A stretch of 64,000 nucleotides of DNA from Octopus vulgaris (GCA_951406725.2 OX597831.1:57164001-57228000); one strand, 5' to 3'. Positions 15,330 through 28,742 are shown, numbered from the stretch's first letter. Notes: generated by a model from the letters alone, not told the origin. Program-made: numbers and translations.

Positions 15330-15520
15330 TGTTGTTAAACCCCGATCTGTTCTGACCGAGCAGACTTATTATAGTGAAAACAATTACAGACTGATCATTC
15401 AGCCGTTTTGTTTATATCGAATAGAGTGAATGTAGGATATACAGGAATGTAGGAATGTAAGGAAGATTTAGCTGCTGTTTCTGGTAGGTCGATGAATCAC
15501 TCAGAAATTCTCTTATTGTC
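15330..15520 (-). mobile_element. Old interspersed repeat family E (also ~24055-24270 +, ~61290-61495 +, ~63095-63262 -)
   Basis: Shared segments ctagaaatagcagc..aaat, aatgcctttga..ataggtc and ggggctaaacaa across four loci; highly diverged. Confidence 0.5.
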
Positions 15521-15947
15521 TCGTTTTCCTCTTGGTGTCGAGCTTGTTGAGTGCCAGACCGAGAAAACCTTATGATCTGAGTCATTCCCTATACGACCAT
15601 TTCGCCATTTTCGGGTTTATTCTCAGCTAAACTTTCTTTCACTTTGTACATACATACAATACATACATACATACATACATATATGCATACATACATACAT
15701 ACATACATACATACATACATACAGACAGACAGACAGACAGACAGACAGAAAGACAGACATAAAACAGACACACACAAATATAGAAAGAAATTAGGATATA
15801 TTAGTTAATATACCTGCTACAATGGCGAAATGGCCATAAGGTATGTATCTATTTGGCTTCTTGAGAATAAATTTAATCATTTTTAATTTGAGAAAATCTC
15901 TTTTCAGATATGGTGACTGTATTAAGAAATGTTTATATGTTTATTAA

Positions 15948-16055
<108 letters not shown>

Positions 16056-16346
16056 TATATAATGAATGAGGCAAACATAAAATGGAATTCACGAGAATCT
16101 TTATTCTTTACAACGATTGTTTCGACTCATTTTGCATCGGCCCCTTGCGGGCGGGATACTATACAATTGGTTGTGTTGCATCCTCCGGCGCAGCTGTATC
16201 TCATCAGGTGTCTTGTTTTATACGTATCCATCCATCCATCCATCCATCCATCCATCCATCCATCCATCCATCCATCCATCCATACATACATACATACATA
16301 CGTACATACATACATGTGTGTGTGTGTGCTTAAACTGATGCATACG

Positions 16347-16405
<59 letters not shown>

Positions 16406-16456
16406 CGAACGTAAGTATGTATGTATACGTAATTAAGCAACCTTATGTATGTGACT

Positions 16457-16840
16457 GGGAGGCGCAATGGCCCAGTGGTTAGGGCAGCGGACTCGCGGTC
16501 GTAGGATCGCGGTTTCGATTCCCAGACCGGGCGTTGTGAGTGTTTATTGAGCGAAAACACCTAAAAGCTTCACGAGGCTCCGGCAGGGGATGGTGGTGAT
16601 CCCTGCTGTACTCTTTCACCACAACTTACTCTCACTCTTACTTCCTGTTTCTGTTGTACCTGTATTTCAAAGGGCCGGCCTTGTCACTCTCTGTGTCACG
16701 CTGAATATCCCCGAGAACTACGTTAAGGGTACACGTGTCTGTGGAGTGCTCAGCCACTTACACGTTAATTTCACGAGCAGGCTGTTCCGTTGATTCGGAT
16801 CAACCGGAACCCTCATCGTCGTAACCGACGGAGTGCTTCC
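16457..16840 (+). mobile_element. SINE family C, full-length and young
   Basis: tRNA-like head ggaggcgcaatggcccagtggttagg...ggtttcgattccc; exact 12 bp TSD atgtatgtgact (16445-16456 / 16841-16852). Confidence 0.95.
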
Positions 16841-17179
16841 ATGTATGTGACTAAAATGGCAGGAAAAAAATATTTGAAATGCCACTCTTATTGATTTGGT
16901 GCACGATCTTTTGCTCAAAACCCCTAGCTCTCTTTCACAACACTCACCAAACTTATAATTATTGCAGTCACCTTTCCTTCTTCTTGTTTCCAGCCATATA
17001 ATTAGATTTCTTTTGTCTTAAAACTTAGATTCATTTCCGCCTACCAGCTCAATTTACTTTCACTGCCATGGCAATATTGTTACAGTAATTATAATTTCGA
17101 AGAAATGAAGGAAAATATAAATTTATAGCAATTCCAAGTACTTTTATGGCATTTCAATAGTTTTTATGAATTTTTGAAT

Positions 17180-17722
17180 GTGTGGTAATAAGTGTGCCTA
17201 CAACCACACGGTTCCGGGTTCAGTCCTATTGTGTGACACGTTAGGCAAGTGTCTTCTGCTATAGCTCCGAGCCAACTAGAGCCTTGTGAGAGGATTTGGT
17301 AGACAGAAACTGAAAGAAAGCCCTTGTAGTATGTATGTATGTATGTATGTATGTATGTATGTATGTATGTATGTATGTATGTATGTATGTATGTATGTAT
17401 GTATGTATGGATGGATGGATGTATGTATGTATGTGTGTGTGTGTGTGTCTTTGAAAGTGGATTTGGTAGACAGAAACTGAAAGAAACCCCTTGTATGTAT
17501 GTATATATGTATGTATGTGTGTGTGTGTGTGTATGTGTATATGTGTCTTTGTGTCTGTATTTGTCACCCACCACCGCTTGACAACCAATGTTATTTTGCT
17601 TTAACGTCCCTGTAACTTAGTGGTTCGGCAAAAACGATCGACAGAATAAGTACTAGGCTTCAAAAAAGAAGTACTGGCAGTGTCTCTGAATGGTCAAAGT
17701 CCAATGACTGAGACAAATAAAG
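17180..17722 (+). mobile_element. SINE family B with an internal duplication
   Basis: The segment ggatttggtagacagaaactgaaagaaa occurs twice (~17291 and ~17459), separated by (GTAT)n. Confidence 0.85.
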
Positions 17723-18176
17723 TATAGAAAGATATCTATTTTTTTAGAACTTTCTTGTAATTGTTTGAAACTTATTTCACTAATGTTTTTCCTTTCCCCA
17801 CTTTTTTTTTACATAGTTAAATACTTCGTTGTTTAAAAGATAAAAAAGGCTTCAACGAGCAATGTTCGACAGTGGACCGCTCTATAAACAGGCAAGATAA
17901 TATGCATTACTTAAATTAAGAGAAAACCGCCCAGAGGGCGATGTTAATCTTTGCGCTCTCAATAATAACATTGTAATACTGTGTTGTAATAACTACCAAC
18001 TTCTTATCATGAAACTGCTTTTTTTCCAATATCTGGCCAAGATCTAAGTCATTCCGTCTCGCCATGTGCTTCCTCCGTTCCCTTATAACAAAACGAAACA
18101 AATAATGTTATAACTTCTGTCAATGAAATTTTCCAGTTCTTTCTTGTAAACAATTAATCAATGTATTTATTTCGAA

Positions 18177-18221
<45 letters not shown>

Positions 18222-18234
18222 GTATGTATATCCA

Positions 18235-18471
18235 AAGGATCCCGCAGCGTAGGATCATATAAGCTGCTTTCCTGGCGTGTGGATTCCCTCCCGGGACGGA
18301 ACACTGCTCCATCGCACCATTACTCGCTTTTGCCACCTTAATGGACTGGACTGGAGCAACGTAAAATGGAGTATTTTGCTCAAGAACTCAAAGCAGCGCC
18401 TGATCGAGGAATCGAAACCACAGTCTTTTGGTCATGAATGTAATATCCTAACCACTAAGCCACGCACCTCC
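18235..18471 (-). mobile_element. tRNA-derived SINE family D, diverged
   Basis: Reverse complement of the head ggaggtgcgtggcttagtggttagg and of acgttgctccagtcca. Confidence 0.8.
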
Positions 18472-18495
18472 ACACATACACAATACATATTGAAG

Positions 18496-18710
18496 GAGGA
18501 TGTGCTGAAAAGTTCCTGGTTTTAAGGCTGCAGCGAAAGGCCTGGTTGGAGGTCCAACATTCTGAGTTCTTTCACAGGGCTTAGAAAACCTGAAGGACCT
18601 CTGCAATAAGTGTGTGAATCTGAGAAGGGAATATGTTGAATAAAATCATAATTAACTGATCCTCCTGTATTTTCTTTTACTCAAAGCCAGGAACTTTTCA
18701 GCACCCCTTC
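18496..18710 (+). mobile_element. Mariner-derived MITE (internally deleted)
   Basis: ~28 bp TIRs (gaggatgtgctgaaaagttcctggtttt / aaagccaggaacttttcagcacccct). The interior encodes a mariner transposase C-terminus, GLENLKDLCNKCVNLRREYVE*. Confidence 0.85.
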
Positions 18711-18873
18711 AGGTGTGTGTATATATACATATATATACTCTTTTATTCTTTCGTCTTTCTTTTACTTGTTTCCGTCATTTGACTGCGGCCATGCTGGACC
18801 ACTGCCTTGCAGTGTTTTTTGTTGAACAATTCGATCCCATTTGCATACATACATACATACATACATACATACA

Positions 18874-18998
<125 letters not shown>

Positions 18999-19925
18999 TA
19001 TATATATATATATATACATGTACATATATACACACATACATGTACATGTATATACATATATATATACATATACATACATATATATAATCTATGTATATGT
19101 GTATATATATACATACATACATATACATATATATATATATGTATATATACCATTGTACATTATCTTAATTCTTTGAAAAGATAGCGATGACCATATCACA
19201 CTTCCTCTCCCCTACCTGTACTCTTCTTTTAGTTTTTTAAAATTTGACTCGTATTCCACTATTCCACTTGAAACATGTTGAATTTATTCACCTATTTATA
19301 TACTTTTTCATTTATTTATCTAACTCTACACTTCCTTCTTTCAAAATCTCCTGGTCGACATTTCTTCCCCATTTCGTTTATTTACTCTTATTGCAATTGT
19401 CTGCCAAACGTTCACTTATATCATTTTATTTATAGGATTGTTTATCCACACAAAATTCGCTCCAGTTGCTCTCATTTTGAACGTATTTTTTCCTTCATTC
19501 CTTCTTTTCCACTTTAAGATTTTTTTTCATCATATATCCTGTCATTTACTGTCACCTCGACCGTTTTACTAGCTCCGTATAGCCTTAATATCCGGTTCGT
19601 TTGTAAAGGTACCATTATATTAGTAGCCCCCATTCTTTCATCGCTGCATGCACTTCCTGTTGTAGTTTATTTATCCTTGATACAGTAATAAGGGGCAATG
19701 ATTATTACGTCTCATTTATTTTTTCCATTTGCTGTTATCTACCAAAATCCTCTGAAAACCGCGCGCGTATGTGTGTATGTGTGTGTGTATCTGTGTGGGT
19801 GGTGCGTGAATGTGTGTGCGTATCTGTATAGGTGGTGCGTGAATGTGTGTGTATGCATTTACACTTATAGATACATATTGGTATATGCGTGAGTAATATC
19901 GGTGTATTTGTTTTTTATTACATGA

Positions 19926-20054
<129 letters not shown>

Positions 20055-20086
20055 ATGTATACATATATATGTATATATATGTATGC

Positions 20087-20118
<32 letters not shown>

Positions 20119-20190
20119 ATATATATATATGTATATATATGTGTGTGTGTGTATATATATATGATATATATATATATATATATACGTCTC

Positions 20191-20230
<40 letters not shown>

Positions 20231-20242
20231 AATATATATATG

Positions 20243-20292
<50 letters not shown>

Positions 20293-20315
20293 GAATCATT
20301 TCCTCTCCCTCTATT

Positions 20316-20350
<35 letters not shown>

Positions 20351-20841
20351 CTTTTGTATTTGCTTAATAAATTTCTCCCCTCGACTCGTCGTTTCATTCA
20401 TTCGCAATTTGTCCATCGATCTTGTTTCGATGATCTGGGACTGAATATCAATTAGCCCATGTCATACTCGTTTCTGTTCGAGGATGTGTAAGAAGCCATA
20501 GCCATTTCATCTAGCGAAGTATATATATACATCGTATCAGATTTCTTAACCAATACGCAATAAAGTCACGTTCCTTGCGTCAATCTACAGAAACTAGCCA
20601 ACTTCCATAGAGACAATTCGTGTCATTACGCTGCACCAATTTTGTCTTTATTTCAGTTACTCTCTCCTTGAGTTTAGTGATGTCCTAGATACATATGGTA
20701 ACTATTATGTTAGTTGAGTATATATGTGTGGATATAAATACATATATTATATATATATATACAGAGAGAGAAAGAGAGAGAGACACTTTTAGATAAATAG
20801 ATAGATAGACATACATAAATATGTATACACATACATAAGTG

Positions 20842-20928
<87 letters not shown>

Positions 20929-20940
20929 ATATATATATAT

Positions 20941-21485
20941 AAATCCCCAAAAACGAAGAGTAAACAGAAAATCACAAAAAAAAAACGTGAGGACGTGGTG
21001 CATGTAAAGTATTAGCGTGGAGGTGTAATGGTCCAGTGGTTAGGGCACCGGACTTGCGGTCATAGGATTGCAGTTTCGATTCCCAGACTGGGCGTTGTGT
21101 GTGTGTTTACTGAGCGAAAACACGTGAATTCCACGAGGCTCCGGCAGTGGGTCGTGGAGAACCCTGATGTACTTCTTCACCACAGATTTCTCTCACCCTT
21201 TCTTCCTGTTTCTTCTTTACCTGTATTTCAAAGGGCCAGCCTTGACACACTCTGTCTCACGCTGAATCTTCACGAGAACGACGTTAATTTCACGAGCAGG
21301 CTGTTCCGTTGATCAGATCAACTGGAACTCTCGTCGTCGTAACCGACGGAGTGCCGCATATAAAGAATTATCAGACGTTCAGGGAAGGAAAGAAAGGTAG
21401 TTTTACTTTCCGAGCAAAGCTCTTCTTCAGAAACAGAGGAAAGGCCAATAGAAAAGGAAGACGGAGGAAAAAAATTGCCATCGAT
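20941..21485 (-). mobile_element. Short PLE-like element (hammerhead-like motif at 21400-21434) interrupted by a SINE
   Basis: The two halves match the reverse complement of 32478-32685. Minus strand reads GUUU CUGAAGA A GAGC UUU GCUC GGAA AG UA AAAC. Confidence 0.72.
21018..21355 (+). mobile_element. SINE family C nested in the PLE-like element
   Basis: Homologous to 16457; degenerate 17 bp TSD gcatgtaaagtattagc / gcatataaagaattatc. Confidence 0.88.
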
Positions 21486-21561
21486 TGACATGAGATGGAT
21501 GGATGGATATGTATATATAAATATATGTGTGTCTGTGTTTATATATATAGATAGTTACATA

Positions 21562-21613
<52 letters not shown>

Positions 21614-21699
21614 AGTAGGTGAATGAATTATCCTATGTTTATTGTCAGCATGGAAAATTCGGAATGAAAGTATGCTGTCTTCGAAACATGTGTCGAGAG

Positions 21700-22150
21700 T
21701 AAAGGGGATGCGTTTGCAATCCAGGAAGAGGAAATATCAACTAAAGAGGGACAGAGATGTAGGAAAAGCAGTAAAATGTGACAACCGATGCAGAATTTGT
21801 GGAGTTGATACCGAAGATATCACTTACATCATAAGCAGTTATCCGAAAATGTCATCATGGTATTATTTACCGATGAGATATGATGTTGGAGCAAGGACAC
21901 TATATAATGAAATCCGCCGGAAGGATAACTCCGAGGACAAAGAAATAAGAAACCACAGTATGGCAGAAGTCGTAGCCACACATAATAAAAAGGAGTGCTG
22001 GTGGAATGTCCCAGTGAAAACCTCAATAAAACGTTAACACAATAGACCTGATATAATGATTTAGGATAGAGAAGAGAAACTGTGCACAGTTGTGGAAATT
22101 AGCTGCCCAACGGATGTTAACATAAAGCTGTAGTTCAGTGAAAAAGAATA
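21700..22150 (+). mobile_element. R4/Dong-type LINE fragment (zinc knuckle + RLE), pseudogenised
   Basis: CRICGVDTEDITYIISSYPKMSSWYYLPMRYD...WWNVPV...NRPDIMI*DREEKLCTVVEISCP with in-frame stops. Confidence 0.85.
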
Positions 22151-22830
22151 CCTTATTGCGAACTGTGAATTATTTTACGGAATTTGAAGCTTCCTTTTAT
22201 CTACAAAGTTTTTACGGTGTTCACAACTTAGCAGAAATCACCAGTTCCTGATATGGATGTATAACAACGTTAAACAAGTCTTAAAATTCACAAAGTTTAA
22301 ACAAACACAGGAGATGCTTTGCCCCATACAGAAACTGCTGCAGGAGATACTCGGAAGTATTACAAGCTCTTCTGAGTTCGTTGTAATCTCAGTTATCTTT
22401 TCGTATCATCAGTAGGTATCTCGGGGTCACAAACGTTTTGTCTCGTAGCCTGAGGGTTAAAACACTTGTGACAAGTTTAAAAATGTACCAATGTTAATCT
22501 GTAACATTTCTATAAAATAAAACTAGAAATTAAACAACTTTTATAGAAAATCTTTTTACTTTTCTTTTGAGAAATTCATGTGAAAATTCTTCAAAGAATT
22601 GATTTGTAAAGCTCTGTGCTGGAGTCACTGATGTAGGTATATATCAAAATGATAGATAAAATAGAGATGATTAAAGAATTTGCGGTAAAACAGTTTCAAT
22701 TCAGGGTGTGTGGTTATTTATTTATTATTTGCGATATAAATAACACATATTTTGTGTAACTTTAGCTAAATGGGGTGCTATGAAGATATTTGGGGTGTCA
22801 TGAAAGGTCACTGTTAGTTTATATCTGATA

Positions 22831-22877
<47 letters not shown>

Positions 22878-23017
22878 ATGCTTGTTCGCATAGTGTTACT
22901 TGACATGTGCATTGTGAAACGTACACATACACCCAAACACACACACTCACCTGTGCATATCTCTGCCCCTCCCATTCCCTTATACACACACACACACATG
23001 CACACACACACACACAC

Positions 23018-23091
<74 letters not shown>

Positions 23092-23093
<2 letters not shown>

Positions 23094-23541
23094 CGTGAAG
23101 TATATTTGCCACCTAAATGTGGCTGACCCATATGGGACGATGCTACTGTAGTTTATGGCCCCAGGAAGACATCTCCAGATTGCTGAAGACATACTGTTTA
23201 TGCCCGATCAGTATTTGCGAGGGGAAGTCATCGTTCCCATCTCTAACTTGACGTGATACGCACGGACCCGGATTTCTGGGTAGTAACCCGTCATCAGCGT
23301 GTGACAATCACCGGCTAGGGATGAGACGTGAATCCAAACGAAAAATACTATATACCTTTTCCAGTGACAAACGGTCGCTAGTCTCGAAAAGGAGAAACAA
23401 GCAATAATAAATCTCTGAGTGAGATGTAAACAGTAGTAGCACGACATCGTGAAGTATATTTGCCACCTAATTGTGGCCAGCCGGAGGAGATATATTATTA
23501 TCAGAGATCTTATATTGCTTGTTTCTCCTTTTTCGAGATCA
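23092..23541 (-). mobile_element. Miniature non-coding Penelope-like / retrozyme-like element
   Basis: 31 bp direct repeat 354 bp apart (23092 and 23446), a ~38 bp inverted copy (23382-23418 vs 23501-23538), an internal hammerhead, and adjacent (TA)n. Confidence 0.7.
23261..23301 (-). ncRNA. Minimal type-I hammerhead ribozyme
   Basis: Minus strand: CACG CUGAUGA C GGGU-UACU-ACCC A GAAA U-CCGG-G UC^CGUG. All core nucleotides are present, with 4 bp stem I and 4 bp stem II. Confidence 0.75.
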
Positions 23542-24276
23542 GTTTGTTGAAATATTTACTTTATAATGTTTAGGAACAAGATACTATAGTGGCAGTTCAT
23601 ATTTACTAAAGATGCCAGAAAGCAAAGAACTTATTTAGTTGGAAATATATTGGAAAATAACAACTGTATGATTTGTATATATTTGATGTATATATTAGGG
23701 AACATGACAAGCTCATAAATCTATTTCCTATAGAATCGAAGCGACTAGATACAGACATCAGTTTCGGAATAAACAGGAACTTGATGACAAAGACATCATA
23801 ACCACAGGAAACGAATGTGTAAACAATAAGAAAACAAATGAATAAGTAACGAACGAAGGAAAAACAATGAGAGAGTGACGGGGGAGTGAATGAAATGAGA
23901 GAAAATGACCAAAGGTACCGTCAGCATTTTACAACAAACTCTTTTATATAACTATAGCAACAGAGATCCCCTCCCCCGCAAAAACGAAGTATGAACAGAA
24001 GTATGAACAGATCATTTCGCCATCTCAGCCAAGTGCTTTTACGAGCCAACGATGGAGCATCTGTATGGTCGCTCAACTTGCAAGACATAACACAAATCTC
24101 CTCAAGTCACATCCGACTTCGGGATAATTTTAGAATTATGTGGGGCTGCGTAATCCAGTGCCTTCCCGACGATTTAACAAAGGATACGTTGGGTAATGTA
24201 GTGCTACATTCATCCAAAAGATGGAATGGTCTCTATCGAAATGCCTTTGATTATAGGTCAGCTTGATCAGCGATGG

Positions 24277-24537
24277 TGGAGGCGCGTGGCTTAGTAGTTA
24301 GGGTGTCAGCATCATGATCGTAAGATTGTGGTTTCGATTCCTGGACCGGGTGTTGCGTTGTGTTCTTGAGCAACACACTTCATTTCACGTTGCTCCAGTC
24401 CACTCAGCTGGCAAAAATGAGTAACGCTGCGATGGACTGGCGTCTCGTCCAGCTGGGAAACACATAAACCATTGAAACCGGGAAGCCGGGTCCATGAGTC
24501 TGGCTAGGCTTTAAAAGGGCGCATTTTTATTTTTTTA
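24277..24537 (+). mobile_element. SINE family D, full-length
   Basis: tRNA head ggaggcgcgtggcttagtagttagg...ggtttcgattcc; 13 bp TSD ttgatcagcgatg / ttgatcaacgatg. Confidence 0.92.
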
Positions 24538-24749
24538 TTGATCAACGATGACCCCAGGGGAAAAAAATAATCTTTATTCTGCTTTAATTTTCGCAGACGG
24601 CCAGCAATTTTGAGGGAAAGGGAAGCCAATTATATCGACCTCGATACTCAATTGGTACTTATTTTATCAACCCAAAAGGATGAAAAGCAAAGACAACCTC
24701 GGTGTTTTTAGATGACTAAAATTCTTATGTTGAAACATATAATTACATT

Positions 24750-25950
24750 GTGCAGGAGCACAACGTAATTGCACCAGTTTTAACATATGGATTCATACAA
24801 GGTCGTTTACCAGACAAGTACAATGCCAAAATATGAAAATGAATAAGTTAAAATAAAATATCCTCCTCCTCCTCGTTTTTATTTCAGAAATTTAATACTC
24901 TTAACATTTAAGGTAGTATTGAAACTAATTTATACTTGAAATTTAGTCTACTTGAAGCTAGTATTTAAGCTAGTATGAGTGGAATAAATAAAGCAATTTA
25001 AGAAAAGGAAAACCCCTAGTGAGCTTTGCAGGATTTTGAAACCTACTGTCAGCAGATCAATAAGCAAACGAATAAAAGAGACCGGTTCTTGCTTACCAAA
25101 AGTGAGAACTACTCCATGCGAGAACTCAGTGAGAACTCAGAATCTCATCAAAAACACCAAAGAAAAGATCAGGCGTAACCCAAAAAGAAGCATCAGAAAA
25201 CTCGCTTCAGAGACTGGTACAAGGTATGAAACTATGCATAAATAGTTGAAAAATGATCTTCAATTATTCCCATACAAGATATCAAAAGCACGCAGCTACC
25301 AATACTGCTCACAGATGAAAAGTTATTCAGTGTACAAGCGTGGCACAATTCACAAAATGATTGTATATATTGTTGTATTTAGGAATGGTCATTTTGCCAG
25401 TCTAGCCAATAAAAACACACGCACTATATATTTGATGTTATTTTGCTTCAGCGTTATTTATTTTTTACATTAATCTTAATCTTATTTCGGCCAGAGTTCT
25501 TTCATCACACTCCTGTGACTGCATCAGTGGTCCTTTGCTTTCTTCTTTCTTATTTGTGTGTCTCTCCTTACTAACCGTCAGCCATTTTGTATTTCTATTG
25601 TATGTGTCTTCATTTGCGCAAAACAAATATATGATTGTATATATGCAGTAAATAAAGAAGACATTCCTGTCGAAAAAGAATTATCCTTTCGACGACAGAA
25701 ATCTGCATCCAGGTGTGACCTCAAATGGCATGAAAATTCCTCGAATCTTCATTGAAGAGGGTGTAAAAATCAACCAACACGTTAAAGTAGTCCCTGGGTT
25801 ATTGTAACAATGGGGGACGAAGGTGTAACTCTCCAACAAGATGGCACAACAGGTCAGTGTATTATATCAATTACATCTACACCAAAACTGAACTCTTGGA
25901 GAATAAAAACGAGGGCAAACTCATGCAGGGCATAAAGCTACGCGCAACTA
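24750..25950 (+). mobile_element. Tc1/mariner-superfamily transposon remnant
   Basis: HTH region KEKIRRNPKRSIRKLASETG..LKNDLQLFPYK, first catalytic D in DEKLFSVQAWHNSQND, later LQQDG; has stops and frameshifts. Confidence 0.82.
25371..25630 (-). mobile_element. 260 bp insertion with a degenerate hammerhead, nested in the Tc1 remnant
   Basis: Exact 14 bp TSD atgattgtatatat (25357-25370 / 25631-25644). Minus strand 25491-25530 reads CCA CUGAUGC A GUCAC AGGAGU GUGAU GAAAG AA CUC UGG. Confidence 0.72.
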
Positions 25951-26448
25951 AAGATCTCTTAACAATTGTACCAATCAATTTATCTGACTTAGAAAAATGA
26001 TATTGATTTCACAAAATGACACCAGACCACACATTTTTGTGGGAAGGAATTTCGTCGAGTTAACGGATTCCGGTATTTCACTGATGCTCCTTTCATAGAT
26101 CATAGAACAATGAAAGGTAAAGTTAACGAAATCAATGAAATTTGAACTAAGAGCTCAAGAAGATGTAACTAGATACCACAAGGTGTTTTATCTGCCAATT
26201 TAGGACACCACCATTAATTTCCAGATGGACGACGATCGATAAGGACGTTGATAATGATAATGATAACCAGGGCGGTCGACGTTGCTGCTAATTATAATTG
26301 CTGCTAATTATAAGGCGATGATGACGATGACGATGATAATGATGTTGATGAAAATGATGAAAACGAGGATGGTAAGATGAAGAGTAAAATACCAATTGGT
26401 TGGAATACTTGGCTTGCCTGTCTGTCTGTCTGTCCGTCTGTCTATCTA

Positions 26449-26482
<34 letters not shown>

Positions 26483-26571
26483 AGTTGTTTGCTGCCTCTT
26501 TATCTGTCTCTTCTCTCTCTCCATTCTCCCTTTTCTCTCGCTGTATGTGTGTGTGTGCGTGTGTATGTATG

Positions 26572-26606
<35 letters not shown>

Positions 26607-26737
26607 ATGTGTGTATATTTATGTATGTATGTATGTATAGATAGATATATATATATGTATATGTGTGTATGTATTTATATATACATACACACACACACGC
26701 ACACACATACATGCGTGCATACAAGTGTGTATATTTC

Positions 26738-26771
<34 letters not shown>

Positions 26772-27196
26772 GTCATTTGTGTGCATGTGTATCTAGTCGT
26801 CTCCCGTCAATGGCTCATGAAAATGGAAAGGAAATATCCGATTGACGGCAGTGTTACACCACAGTAAAAAGCCTACAAAAGCATGGGAAATCAGTAAGTC
26901 TGACCGTGTGAACAACTTTGAGCATCCGGTTAGAAGGTATGAAAGCGAGGCAAACGCCTGTAATGATTTCTTTCCCTCCCTCTCTCCCTCCTTCTTTCTT
27001 TCCTATTACCCTAACCCCCCCTCTCTCTCTCTGCATCTCGCTTCTCCTGACGTAACAAACTTCCATTTGATCATTAAAGTGCAATACAATTCATTCACAT
27101 TCTCATGTTACGTGATATGTATGTATGTATGTGTATGTGTGCATTGTATGTGAGCATGTGTGTATGTAATATATATGCATACACACACACACACAC

Positions 27197-27228
<32 letters not shown>

Positions 27229-27404
27229 ATGTATACACACACATTCACACACACGCACATATATATACACACATACACTTATATTTAAACGAGAATGTTT
27301 GGGTTTACAAACTGAAGGGAATGCTCAATATGATATCTATCTATCTATCTATCTGTGTCTGTCTGCCTGTATGTATCTATGTCTGTGTATGTATCTTTGA
27401 GCGT

Positions 27405-27452
<48 letters not shown>

Positions 27453-27453
<1 letters not shown>

Positions 27454-27844
27454 GAGCAAAACGCTCCCCGTCCAATGGACGGTGCTGAGTTGTCAAACAT
27501 GTAAACCAAATTTTCTCAAAACAACTTGTCCGACCATCCCATAGGCCTCCCATTTGAGAAACACTGATTTTACCTAAATTTGAGATACCAGCAAAAGAAG
27601 AATGAAAGATAGACTTTCTTCTATTCCAAAGGAAAGCGATTTTATTGCGCGCACAAATGCACGTTCCCACGGCTTTATCGATGGCATTCTCACCTGGAAT
27701 CGATTTTTGTAATGTTTTCAAGACTTATACACGCCCTGATACCGTCGGTATCTACATATCAAATTTGAGCGCAATCGGATGGAGGATATCCAAGATCCTA
27801 GAAGACACACAGACAGACAGACAGAACGGATTTTATATAATAGA
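27453..27844 (-). mobile_element. Non-autonomous Helitron
   Basis: Minus strand starts TCTATTATATAAAA followed by (TCTG)n, has a subterminal hairpin ccgtcc-att-ggacgg and ends CTCG (CTAG-like); sits between A and T with no TSD. Confidence 0.75.
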
Positions 27845-27848
27845 TATA

Positions 27849-28260
27849 CTCTTTTACTCTTTACTCTTTTACTTGTTTCAGTCATTTGACTGCGGCCATG
27901 CTGGAGCACCGCCTTTAGTCGAGCAAATCGACCCCGGGACTTACTCTTTGTAAGCCCAGTACTTATTCTATCGGTCTCTTTTGCCGAACCGCTAAGTGAC
28001 GGGGACGTAAACACACCAGCATCGGTTGTCAAGCAATGCTAGGGGGACAAACACACACACACAAACACACACACATACACATATATATACAAATATATGA
28101 CAGGCTTCTTTCAGTTTCCGTCTACCAAATCCACTCACAAGGCATTGGTCGGCCCGGGGCTATAGCAGAAGACACTTGCCCAAGATGCCACGCAGTGGGA
28201 CTGAACCTGGAACCATGTGGTGTGGTTGGTTAGCAAGCTACCTACCACACAGCCACTCCT
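27849..28260 (-). mobile_element. SINE family B, near full-length
   Basis: High similarity to 13202-13604 and 48262-48650. Confidence 0.92.
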
Positions 28261-28289
28261 ATATATATATTTAAAATAATAAGGGTGAA

Positions 28290-28368
<79 letters not shown>

Positions 28369-28566
28369 GGAGAAAGAGATAATAGAGATATTAATATGGA
28401 TGCATATACATATGCATATATATACATATTTGTGTGTGTGAGTAGGAAAAAATTATGTATTATCAACGACTTATTTAGCTTACACGTGTTCCGAATAGTT
28501 CAGCGCAATATAACCGTTGCACATTACAGTTTGTATATTTAATCAATCCTTCAATTGATTGACTAA

Positions 28567-28742
28567 TGACAACCGATGCTGGTGTGTTTACGTTCCTGTA
28601 ACTTAGCGGTTCGGCAAAAGAGACCGATAGAATTAGTACTAGGCTTACAAAGAGTAAGTCCTGGGATCGATTTGCTCGACTAAAGGCGGTGCTCCAGCAT
28701 GGCCGCAGTTCAAATGACTGAAACAAGTAAAAGAGGAAAAGA
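28567..28742 (+). mobile_element. SINE family B, 3' part
   Basis: tgacaaccgatgctggtgtg...gactgaaacaagtaaaagag. Confidence 0.88.

Noticed and set aside
15452-15465. miR-1/206-like ggaatgtaaggaag
   Set aside because: It lies inside an old repeat, the match is partial and there is no precursor hairpin.
16457-16532. tRNA gene calls for SINE heads (also 24277, 40739, 47140-47214, 54202)
   Set aside because: Each continues into a shared SINE body and is bounded by a TSD, so these are tRNA-derived heads and not tRNA genes.
17916-18101. Minus-strand ORF MARRNDLDLGQILEKK…
   Set aside because: No recognisable domain or strong splice signals.
23183-23226. Second, plus-strand hammerhead (CUGAAGA C AUACUG...CAGUAU) that would make the element ambisense or viroid-like
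   Set aside because: No GAAA follows the helix, and no stem I/III can be assigned.
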